Shown here piece after piece: positions 39,281 through 49,100 of a stretch of 64,000 nucleotides of DNA; the first letter of the stretch is position 1; each line of letters opens with the position of its first letter. The stretch is taken from the NCBI GenBank assembly GCA_046329535.1, contig JAXLUN010000006.1:72429-136428 (forward strand). The letters run 5' to 3'. A model generated the notes under the pieces. It ran no database searches and was not told the DNA's origin. It saw nothing but the letters and a program-made list of their open reading frames with translations. The DNA comes from Chitinophagales bacterium (GTDB lineage Bacteria > Bacteroidota > Bacteroidia > Chitinophagales > LD1). The translations under genes and the position numbers were made by a program.

Positions 39281-42236
39281 TTAGAAGTTAAACGAAACTA
39301 CAGCGAGTAGGTTCTGAAATTTTTCTGGCTTAACACCGCGTCTTCTCTTTCTGATACTGTCTTTCTTTCCCCACTACTGCATTTTAGTGAAGATACTCTT
39401 GGCAGCAATCAAATCACTGATAGTAAAGCGCACCACTCCTTTGCCCTTCCAGAACTTTTAGCTCAATTGAAAATCGAGCAAAGGTCTCGGTATTCATACC
39501 AGGCAGGGTTACCCACTTTACACTTGAGGCTGCATATAAGCGCTGACCTACCTGATTATACAACAAGCGGCTAACCCCGGTACTATAGTGGGATGCACAT
39601 ATAATTTAACCGGAGTTGATAAGTGTAAGGGCTTTGTCCACTGCATAGGCCGAAGTTGTTCATCGCTGCTGTTATTTTTCACATTACGTAAATCAACCCG
39701 GCTGTAGATATAGAGCCAGATTAGCCACAAACACCAGGTCTTCCAGTTTCTTCAAGCAAAAATCCGTCTTTCTCACTTCCAATTCGGCACCTACTAAAAA
39801 TGCTTTGTCGGCATTACTGTATACAAAAGTTTGTGTACTGCCGCTGCTGATAAAAGTTAACTCAATGGTATTGGTGAAGTTTTTATAAAACACGCACAGC
39901 ATTCACACTCTGGCCTTTCCCCAAAAAACATTCATAACGCAAATCGGCAATGTGAATGAAGGTTTACCAACAGGTTTGGAACGCAATCAGATTGACATCG
40001 CGAAGGAAGTCATAGTATAGAAAGTTAGAACTTTCGCGAAACTCCGGACGGCTCATGCTCTGGCTGTATGAAGCACGCAGGTTCATGGTTTCGTTCAGCT
40101 TGTAAATTAAATTGATAGAAGGCAGCAGCGGGAAAACCATCCACCTGACTGACCTGCGGCTGAATCTGATTTATAGGCTCAACTGCAAATAACTTTTTGC
40201 GAATAGGTAGTATCTACCACTTTAGTTACAATCAGAGGAGGCTCAGGGTCCTGAGGGATGATATCAAAGTCGATAGCACCGGGAGCGGTCAGGTTTTGTT
40301 TAAATGATTCAAAACGGAAACCCCACACGGCTTTAAACTTTTCACTGATGTTGTTTTCCATCATCACATAAGCAGCGTGGGTGGTAGACTTTGCTGAGTA
40401 AATGTCCGTGGGAAAAACAAACGGATTCATCGTTAACTTGTTATTGTCAAAGTTGGCCGTGTTAATGATGTGGTCAATGTTCTGATCCATACTCATAGAG
40501 TCGCCAAAACCGCCCGGGTAATCAATGAATAGATTGCGTGCCTCAAATGAGCGGTTGCGTTGCTGAAAAGAGTAGCCAACAGTTACTGCCTGCTTTTGCC
40601 CCTTTATTTTAAACGGAAAGCTCAGGTCAGTAGCAGCATTGTAAACCCGCTCTCGCAACTGGCTGTAGAAATAAGCACTCTGTTTCGGGTCAGAGCCTCC
40701 GTTAGAGAACTGGAAAAGCAAAGGGTCGGTACTTTCGTTCGGACCAAAGTTGGTAGAAGAGGAGTAGGGTTTTTCGTAAGAGTAACGGGTTGTGTGTGGC
40801 TGGTCGCGGTTAATCATCACCAGGCCGCCATTCCATTTCCAGCGAATTTCAGAAGGTCCGAAAACATGCTCCCCGGCCAGGTTGCTGCTGAAAACCTTGG
40901 CCGTGGTGTATTCCAGACTGGTGCGGTGCTGTTCGGTCGCATTGCCATAACTGATACCATCGCGCAACGTGATGTTGTTTTCCATGTTATTGGTAAAAAT
41001 GTTCTTCCAGGATATTTTGTGATTGTTCTTAATTACCAAGCTCAGGTTGCCTAACAGGGCCGAGGCAACCGAATTGCTGTATCGCTCATCCTGATAGTCA
41101 TTATCCAGTTCCGCTTCTGTACCCGACCCTTGGTATTTGGTGCGGCTTCCCTCGGTGTAGCGCAGATTGTTAGAATAAGTAAGTGCAAACACTCCACCCA
41201 CCTGAATCTCTTTCTTGCGAACCGCAAAACCGGCACTCATTTGTAAACTTTGTCCGGGATAGGCCATCTTCTTTTCGCGTACCTTCCAGCTGGTGTTGGT
41301 AATTTGCTTGCCTAAAGCACGTAACGAATCGGTAGAACCGGACAGCTTCAAATCATTGAGAGCGATAATACCGGGAAAATTGCCAGGCAGGGGACGAACC
41401 TTGTTATCGAAACCCAGAAAATCGGTTTTGCTGCCTTCGTATGTTTTATAGGGTTTAAAGGCGCTGCCTTCATTGAAACTGATACCGTACGATACGTTGA
41501 AGAAACTCTTCTCGGGAATATCGCGGGTGTTCAACTGAATTAATCCACCGGCCCATTCGCTGGGTAAATTGGGCTGACCGGTTTTCATAATGATGATGTT
41601 ATCCAGAATGTTGGATGGGAAAACATCAAAAGCAAATGCCTTACGGTCAGGCTCGGTACTGGGTAGCAGGGTGTTGTTCAGCATGGCCATGTTGTACCGG
41701 TCGGCCAAACCACGGATAATGGCAAACTTACCATCCTGAATGGTAGAGCCGCTCACTCTGCGTATCACATCGCTCGAGCTTTTATCTGGCGAACGTTTCA
41801 TTTCCTCCGATGAGATACCGCTTTGAATCACCGTGCTGTTTTTCTGCATCATCACAATCGCACTTTCATTATCTTTCTTTACTACTGTGGCAGTAATTAC
41901 TGCTTCTTTCAAGATAACGGCATCTTCTATCAGGGTCATATAGAGGTTGGTTACATCGTTTGCTTTTACATCCACTTCATCCTGTTTCTCCTGATAGCCG
42001 ATATATTTTACCCGCACTTTATGTTTCCCTGCCGGAACTTTCGGTATCGTGAAGTTGCCATCCAGATCGGTTTGTGTGGCTAGTTCGTTGTTTTCGTCCA
42101 CCACTACCGTAGAGCCCATCAGCGTTTCTCCACTTTTACCATCTACTACCTTTCCGGCCAGTACTCCGGTTTGTGCCCGGCTCAGCGAAACGGATAAAAA
42201 AGAAACGAAAAGAAGCGTGTATAATCTGTGTGTCAT
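39281..42236 (-). pseudogene. TonB-dependent receptor (CarboxypepD_reg type), C-terminal ~300 codons (39281-40178) fragmented
   Basis: The 685-aa N-terminal ORF 40179..42236 is intact. Barrel fragments appear in other frames (39548..39730, 39693..39902). The terminal ...FNF* is readable at 39281. Confidence 0.8.
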
Positions 42237-42401
42237 AGCTTTTGTATTTGCTGCTGCAAAGGTGCAGTGCCAACAATAAGCTATGTTGATGTTTATGTTA
42301 CGCTTGCGTTAAGAGGGTGGAAACGGAACGTTATATCCACAGGGTATCCTCATTTTTCGCGGTTGAGGCTCTTGTTAACATGCAATTAGTTCAATAGCGG
42401 T

Positions 42402-42842
42402 TCAGGCGGGTATTATCAGTTTACTCTGCCCGTAGTCTATAATCATTTTTTTGCTCAGCAGAATATCGGAACCCAGTATGCCGTGAATCTTCGGCTTTTT
42501 GAGCGAGGCGTACGTGGAGTTTACATGGTTGAGGTCGATAGCTGAAGCCATGAATTGCTTCATGAGCAAGGCGCCAATTTTCAGGTCTTTGATTTTGCCG
42601 TAGTGCGACTCGGTAGTAGAGCTGTGTAAACCGATGGTAGATTGTTTAATGGTTTTTAAACTACGCTTACCAAAATGCTTTTCGAAAAAAGCTTTGTCTA
42701 CCACACTGTGTGAGGCACCAGTATCTAACAGAAAGCGGCATCGCTTACCGTTTACCGATACATTTAAAAACAGATGATACCCGATAGCATCCAGCGCTTC
42801 AATAATCAGTTTTACTTCAATAGTTTTTTTTGTCCTGGCCAT
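42402..42842 (-). CDS. retropepsin-like (clan AA) aspartic protease, single domain
   Basis: 146 aa with an FLLDTGASHSVVD active-site motif and ILGSDIL flap/dimer region. Confidence 0.75.
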   Translation of the reverse strand: MARTKKTIEVKLIIEALDAIGYHLFLNVSVNGKRCRFLLDTGASHSVVDKAFFEKHFGKRSLKTIKQSTIGLHSSTTESHYGKIKDLKIGALLMKQFMASAIDLNHVNSTYASLKKPKIHGILGSDILLSKKMIIDYGQSKLIIPA

Positions 42843-42844
42843 GG

Positions 42845-42886
42845 GGCTAAAATAAAAATAGTCTTCTGCCGGCCGGCAGAAGACTA
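42845..42886 (-). terminator. rho-independent terminator of mdh
   Basis: 28-nt perfect palindrome TAGTCTTCTGCCGGCCGGCAGAAGACTA (42859-42886), followed on the minus strand by TTTTTATTTT. Confidence 0.8.
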
Positions 42887-42908
42887 TCGGTTTCAGAGAA
42901 TTTAATTT

Positions 42909-43844
42909 TTACAGCGTTAAGGTATCCAGCACACTGTTCATGCTTCTTACCGCATCGGCACTCTTGTTAAACTCCGCCTGCTCTTCGGCATTCAGCTTAT
43001 AGTCAATAATTTTCTCCCATCCGTTTTTGCCAATTACTACCGGCACACCCAGACAGATATCTTTCTGACCGTATTCGCCTTCGAGCGATACGCAGCAGGT
43101 AAATACTTTCTTCTCATCGCGCACAATACTTTCTACCAGTGCAGCACCTGCAGCACCCGGTGCATACCAAGCCGAGGTTCCAATCAGTTTGGTCAGAGTG
43201 GCTCCGCCTATCATGGTATCGGCTGCTACTTTCTTCAGTGTTTCAGCATCCAGCAGGTTACTAACCGGGTTACCGTTCAGCGTAGCCAAGCGCGTTAATG
43301 GAATCATGGTGGTATCGCCATGGCCGCCTACTACTACCGCGTGTAAATCGCTGGCCGAGCAGCCTAAAGCCTGAGTTAGATAATATTTAAAGCGAGAGCT
43401 ATCGAGAATACCGCCCATACCAATGATGCGGTTCTTTGGCAAACCGGTGCTCTTCAGCGCTAGGTATGTCATGGTATCCATCGGGTTGCTGATAACCACA
43501 ATGATTGCATTAGGTGAATGTTTCAGAATGTTATCGGTTACGCCTTTTACAATGCCTGCGTTGGTGCCAATCAGCTCCTCGCGGGTCATACCGGGTTTGC
43601 GGGGCAGGCCCGAAGTAATGACCACTACCTCACTGCCGGCAGTTTTAGAATAATCGTTGGTAGAACCCACAATCTTGGTATCGAAACCCAGCAGGGTGGC
43701 GGTTTGGTTCATGTCCATGGCTTTACCTTCGGCAAAACCTTCTTTAATATCGAGCAAAACCAGTTCGTGACAAAGTTCTCTGCGGGCAATGTTGTCGGCA
43801 ACGGTGGCACCTACGGCTCCGGCACCTACTACGGTAATTTTCAT
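42909..43844 (-). CDS. mdh: malate dehydrogenase
   Basis: I prefer Met at 43844 (MKITVVGAGAVGATVA...). It is an LDH-like MDH and contains IIGMGGILDSSRF. Confidence 0.95.
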   Translation of the reverse strand: MKITVVGAGAVGATVADNIARRELCHELVLLDIKEGFAEGKAMDMNQTATLLGFDTKIVGSTNDYSKTAGSEVVVITSGLPRKPGMTREELIGTNAGIVKGVTDNILKHSPNAIIVVISNPMDTMTYLALKSTGLPKNRIIGMGGILDSSRFKYYLTQALGCSASDLHAVVVGGHGDTTMIPLTRLATLNGNPVSNLLDAETLKKVAADTMIGGATLTKLIGTSAWYAPGAAGAALVESIVRDEKKVFTCCVSLEGEYGQKDICLGVPVVIGKNGWEKIIDYKLNAEEQAEFNKSADAVRSMNSVLDTLTL

Positions 43845-43879
43845 ATCAGTTGTTTTTAGTTGTTTTTTAAAAAGCGGTG

Positions 43880-43910
43880 CAAACATAGGCGAATTGACAA
43901 ATTGTGCAAA
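43880..43910 (-). promoter_or_regulatory. Bacteroidota-type promoter for mdh (TTTG-N19-TATGTTTG)
   Basis: On the minus strand, TTTG is at 43910-43907 and TATGTTTG at 43887-43880, with a 19-nt spacer. ATG lies 36 nt downstream of the -7 box. Confidence 0.45.
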
Positions 43911-43967
43911 TGAGTTTTGTTGGCTGATTAGGGAAGTGAAGAAGGCGGGAAATTGTAAGCTGCCGGT

Positions 43968-43994
43968 ATGGTGCAATCAAAAAAGCCCCTGCGT
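43968..43994 (-). terminator. rho-independent terminator (minus strand)
   Basis: 8-bp stem at 43975-43982 / 43987-43994. Its mismatch is a G-U wobble only on the minus-strand RNA. It is followed by UUUUUUG. Confidence 0.55.
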
Positions 43995-44145
43995 TAGCAA
44001 GGGCCTATGTAGCAGAGTGAATAAGCCTGAAAGATAACCATTCATGGCGCAGGATAGGGTAGGGGCGGGTGCGGCTTTAGCCACCCGGGTTATCCGGGCT
44101 AAAGCCCGTCCATCATATCTCCTCAGCTCTGCGCAGGCAGTAAAT

Positions 44146-44175
44146 TGCTATAATTACAATGCCCGCTTAACTAAG
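44146..44175 (-). terminator. strong hairpin just after the PorP-OmpA stop codon (no U-tract)
   Basis: 14-bp perfect stem, ACAATGCCCGCTTA / TAAGCGGGCATTGT. Confidence 0.4.
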
Positions 44176-44216
44176 CGGGCATTGTAACCTAAACCGGTAG
44201 CTAAACCTGCTGCGGC

Positions 44217-46127
44217 TTACTTAATAATTTCTACTTCTATTCTGAAGTTTTTGGCGCGGCCTTCTTCGGTGGTGTTATCGGCTATGGGTTTACGCGGGCC
44301 CATGCCTACGTACGTAAACTGGGCAAACGGTATACCTTTGGTTTCTAAATATTCTGCTACTCTTCTGGCGCGTTTGTATGAACGGAAACCGCTTTGCTCC
44401 TCTATATCAAACCCATCGCCATGACCAACAATGCGCACGCGGGTGTCTTTGTGCAGCTTCAGGTAATTAACCAGTTTATCGAGCTCGGCATAGGAACTTT
44501 CGTGCAGTTTGCTGCCATCTCTTTCTACGCTGATGTTGCCGAGCGAAAACCGCTCGCCCACTTGTGGAGCTGCTTTGGCTTCAGTTTGGGCAGGTAAGGC
44601 AGGTGCTTCAGCAATAATCTCGTATCCCTGTGCTGTTTTCTTTGTTTCTTCTTTAGCCACCGGAGCAGGTGTTTCGGTTTTGGTAACAGCAGTAGCTGCT
44701 TCTTGTTTTGCTTTGGCCTGCTGTTCGGCTTCGTATGCTACTTTAGCTGCCTGTGCTTTCTCTTTGGCCTGTTGCTCAGCTACGGCTGCGGCTTTAGCGG
44801 CTTCTGCTTTCTCTTTAGCCTCCTGTTCGGCTGCGGCTGCTTTTGCTGTTTCTTGTTTTGCTTTGGCCTGCTGTTCGGCCAATGCTGTTGCGGCAGCTTT
44901 CTCTTTGGCCTGTTGTTCAGCTGCTGCTTTAGCGGCATCTTCTCTGGCCTTTGCCTGTTTTTCAGCTTCGGTTTGCTGCTTTTGCTGCTCTTCTAATTTC
45001 TTGTTCAATGCATCCAGTTTTTCTACCTGCTCTTTTTTGCGGGCAGCTGTTTCAGATTGTTGCTGTACATCGGCTAAAGCCTGTTGCAGGGCATCTACTT
45101 TTACAGCTAAACTATCCACTGCTTTTCTGGTGGCGGCTAAAGAATCGGCTGTTGCGCGGCTCTGCAAACTATCGTAACTGCTGGTTTGCGGTGCTGCAGC
45201 GGTCTCTTTTACTTTATCAGCTTTCTTCATCCATTTATCAAAGTTAAGTCCTACGGTTAACTCATGGCTGCTGTAAATGCTGGGTGTAAACGGCACCCCT
45301 TGCAGCAATGGCACCTGATAGGTATAAGCCACGGTAAATATTTTAGAGATTCTGACCCCGGCTGTAACGGGCAAACCACCCAGCAAATCGTAGCCCACGC
45401 CTAAAAAGATAAAGCGCTTGTAATCGGCCATTAGCTGCAGGTTCAGGTTTACCTGCTTCAACTGGTCTATCTTCATGACAAAACCGGGCTCCAGATGAAA
45501 CTTATCTTTGGCAAGGCTTATTTCGTAGCTGCCGTTAATAAGGTAGTTGCGCTTAAAGTTGGTTATTCTAATCTGATTGCCGTAAGCGCGGGTGTTGGCA
45601 TCGAGCAGGTTGGGTATGGCAAAACCTATGGTTAGTTTTTTCCATTGGTAAGCCAGGCCTATGTTCATGTCAAAATATACCGTTCTAGGTTTGGTTGCGC
45701 TGGGGTCGTTGTTTATCATTTCCAGGTCGGCCGATGATATATTGGTGCCGTGCTGCAACACTCCACCGGCAACACCGATGGAAAGAAGATGGTTTTGCGC
45801 CAGTTTAATTTTTTGCGCATAATACAATTTGGCATCTATTATTTGTGTAATGCCCCCTGTATAGCTCATTACTTCTATACCGGTGCCTATGCGGTCGTTC
45901 CACAAGCTAATTTCGCCAATGCCGCCCGCCATGCGCGGGTGCGAAAGTGCGCCTGACCACTGGTCGCGGAAAAAGCCATACACATTGGTACTGCCGTTGT
46001 AAGCGGTAAGTGCGGGGTTAGCTGTTAGCCGTGCAAAGTAAACGCGGCTTTGCAAGTTTAACTGCTGCGCTTGCGCTGCCAGCATTATTACTGCGGTTGT
46101 TAGCAGGAGAAATATCTTTTTCATCAT
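44217..46127 (-). CDS. PorP/SprF-family T9SS membrane protein fused via a long Ala/Glu/Lys/Gln-rich spacer to an OmpA-family peptidoglycan-binding domain
   Basis: aa 1-297 match PorP/SprF (signal, ...FRDQWSG..., beta-barrel pattern). aa ~300-520 are low-complexity AEQQAKEKA-type repeats. aa ~525-636 contain VRIVGHGD...SYKRARRVAEYLETKGIP...GMGPRKPIADNTTEEGRAKNFRIEVEII (OmpA_C). Confidence 0.85.
   Translation of the reverse strand: MMKKIFLLLTTAVIMLAAQAQQLNLQSRVYFARLTANPALTAYNGSTNVYGFFRDQWSGALSHPRMAGGIGEISLWNDRIGTGIEVMSYTGGITQIIDAKLYYAQKIKLAQNHLLSIGVAGGVLQHGTNISSADLEMINNDPSATKPRTVYFDMNIGLAYQWKKLTIGFAIPNLLDANTRAYGNQIRITNFKRNYLINGSYEISLAKDKFHLEPGFVMKIDQLKQVNLNLQLMADYKRFIFLGVGYDLLGGLPVTAGVRISKIFTVAYTYQVPLLQGVPFTPSIYSSHELTVGLNFDKWMKKADKVKETAAAPQTSSYDSLQSRATADSLAATRKAVDSLAVKVDALQQALADVQQQSETAARKKEQVEKLDALNKKLEEQQKQQTEAEKQAKAREDAAKAAAEQQAKEKAAATALAEQQAKAKQETAKAAAAEQEAKEKAEAAKAAAVAEQQAKEKAQAAKVAYEAEQQAKAKQEAATAVTKTETPAPVAKEETKKTAQGYEIIAEAPALPAQTEAKAAPQVGERFSLGNISVERDGSKLHESSYAELDKLVNYLKLHKDTRVRIVGHGDGFDIEEQSGFRSYKRARRVAEYLETKGIPFAQFTYVGMGPRKPIADNTTEEGRAKNFRIEVEIIK
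44640..45000 (-). repeat. imperfect tandem coding repeats (about 150-bp period) encoding AEQQAK(E/A)K(A/Q)-type low complexity
   Basis: CTTGTTTTGCTTTGGCCTGCTGTTCGGC recurs at ~44701 and ~44851, and CTTTCTCTTTGGCCTGTTG recurs three times. Confidence 0.7.
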
Positions 46128-46172
46128 CTTTATTTTTTCGGTTGATTACTATTCGTCTTTCTTTTACAAAAA

Positions 46173-49100
46173 CTATCGGATAAGGGTAACTACCCGCTCG
46201 TACTGGTTTCTTTTCTCCCCGTTAAAGCGTTCTTCTTTACCATTTATATAAAGGGTTACCGCATATTCACCGGCAGGGCAATTTTCTCCACCATCAGTAT
46301 TACCATCCCAGTTAAGCGGACCGGTGCCTGTTTTTACTAACTGGTTGGTGCTGGTAGACCTTATCTTCCACAAGGCATTGGTCATATCGTGATAGGTGCC
46401 GGTGGCGGTTAATACATCGTTGGTACCATCGCCATTTGGCGAAAGCGAAGGGTTGATGGTGAGGTAAACATCTACTTTGTATTCGGTATTGGCTGTGCAC
46501 CCTAATTGTGAAACAGATAGTTTAACTATGTCGGCTACTGTATTATCCCCAAATCTGCAAGAAGTTTCTTCGGAGGTAGGGCTGCCAAGCACCACATATT
46601 CAGCAGACCATAGGTAACTAACCGGTGCTGTGCCACCGTAACCTGATACCTCAGCAGTTAAGGTAATAGACTCACTATACTGAAGTTGGGCGTGGCTCTC
46701 ATGACAACTTGAGGCAGAAGTGGCTCTTACAGTAAATTCGGGGTAATCGCATTTGGTATATTCATAAGCGCCCATTTCGGGGTTACCCCTTCGGGTGCTA
46801 TCGAGTATATCCTTTTCCGGTGCATTATCTTTTATACCTGTGTTTATACACGGGCTTTCTGCATTTAAGCGCAAGCCGTCATCGTCTGTGCGGTGTTTGT
46901 TATCGGGGCCATCAATATCGCTGGCATCTTCAAACTGCGGGTCTTGCGCAAAAATATTTCCGCTGGAGCCGGAGCCTAATAAACTGATAAGCCCCATCTG
47001 CCAACTAGTATATTTGTTGCTCGGCAACTGCAAGAGGTTGTTCTTAAAGGTGTTATTGGGACGAACATCACCAGTTCCCGGACTAAACTCAGTATAGTAA
47101 TCAGCAGAATAAGCATTAGCATCGTTTCCAGCCTTATTATTCCAGAATATATTGTTGTTGATGGTGTTGTCGCCACTCGTCTTAATTCCACCGCCATAAG
47201 TCTGAGCCGTATTTCCGGTGATGGTATTGTTGCTGATGGTGCCGACTCCGGAAATTCCACCGCCATAGTTAGCCGTATTTCCGGTGATGGTATTGTTGCT
47301 GATGGTGCCGACTCCGGAAATTCCACCGCCCTTTCCACCGGCTGTATTCCCACTTATGGTATTATTGATGATGGTGACTGTGCCATTGTCGGTATAGATT
47401 CCACCGCCATTAGCACTTGCAGTATTCCCATTGATGGTATTGTTGCTGATAGTGTTGGTGCCTCCACTGGTATAGATTCCACCGCCATTAGGAGCAAAAA
47501 AGTTGCTCGCAGTGTTGTTGCTGAAGGTATTATTGCTGATGGTGTTGGTGCCGCTCTCGGTATAAATTCCACCACCCTTCTTATTAACTGTATTCGCGCT
47601 GATAGTATTATTGCTGATGATGTTGGTGCCGGAATAGGTATAAATTCCACCGCCATATCCCTTATTAACACTTTGCCCGTTAATCGTTAAAGAAGCAGTT
47701 ACACCTCCATTACCATTACCACCGCTAATGGTAAACCCATCGAGGGTGTCTATATCGGCAGCATTAGCATTGGCTATGAGCACTACATGGTAGGTGTTGT
47801 CGGTATTGTTGTTGTCGGTTCCAATATCGCCACTCAGTATGGTAGGGTTGGCGGCAATATCGCGGGTGCCGGTTGTAGCATCGTAACCGCCATACACCGC
47901 CAGGTTACCGCGCAGGTGGAAGGTTTTATCGCGGTCAGTAGTGTTTGCCGTTATCTCTTCTCCGTTTTCAAATGGTTTGAAAGCAGGTTTGTAGGTGCCT
48001 TTGGCTACTAAAATTTGGGTAACGTTAGGGCACTCGTGGGCTTTTTTAAGGGCATCGCTTAACTCCTTAATAGCTGTAGCCCAGCTATCGCCATTGCCGG
48101 AGGTGGTTACGGTTTGGTCTACATATAAAACAGGCGCGTTGCATGGGTCGGTAAATTCATAAGCGCCTATATCGGTAGCGCCCACGCGAGCCTTGCCCAG
48201 TTTATCGGTAGCAGGTATGCCGCTACCGGTAATGCCTGCGTTAATAGCCGGGCTGCCGGCCTGCAGTTGTAAGCCCGCATCTACGTTAGGGTCGTTGGCG
48301 TTTACAAACTTAGGGTCAACAGCAAATAAATTACCTGTGGCACCGCTGCCTAAATCGTTTTCGTTTGCTCCGGTATATTCTGTTTGCTGCAACTGAAGCA
48401 GGTTGTTTGTAAAGGTGTTGGTGGTATTATTACCTCTGCCGTAATCTGCCTCGGCTATGGAACTTGAACCGGCCGCATTGTTATTCCAAAGTATATTATT
48501 GCTGATGGTGTTCTTACCCCCATTGGTATAGATTCCACCGCCATCAGTACCAGCCGTATTACGGCTGAGGGTATTATTGCTGAGGGTATTGTTGCCATAA
48601 TCGGTACAAATTCCACCGCCATGTTCAGCCTCATTACGGCTGAGGGTATTATTGCTGAGGGTATTGCTGCCATTAGTGGTTTCTATTCCACCGCCATCAA
48701 TAACAGCCAAATTCCCGCTAACTGTATTGTTGCTGATGGTACTGTTGCTATTAAAGCATTTGATTCCACCGCCATCAATACCAGCCAAATTCCCACTAAC
48801 TGTATTGTTGCTGATGGTGCTGTTGCTATTAAAGCATTTGATTCCACCGCCATCACCTCCATTAGCTGAATTCCCGCTGATGATATTGTTGCTTATGGTG
48901 TTGTCACCTATAAAGGTATAGATTCCACCGCCATCACTACCAGATGTATTGCCGGTGATGTTATTGTTGCTGATGGTGGTAATACCACTACAGGTATAGA
49001 TTCCACCGCCAGAGTGTTGGTCTACTGAAAAAGAACTTTGGTTAAAAACACTTACTTCAATTTTACCTCCACCATCCGCTTTTCCATCGGTAATGGTAAA

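Noticed and set aside
44509-45247. Long plus-strand ORFs (222, 97 and 98 aa) rich in Cys/Phe/Ala opposite the PorP-OmpA spacer
   Set aside because: They are antisense shadows of the GCN/AAR/GAR/CAR-rich low-complexity repeat. They have no start context and are fully contained in a well-supported minus-strand gene.
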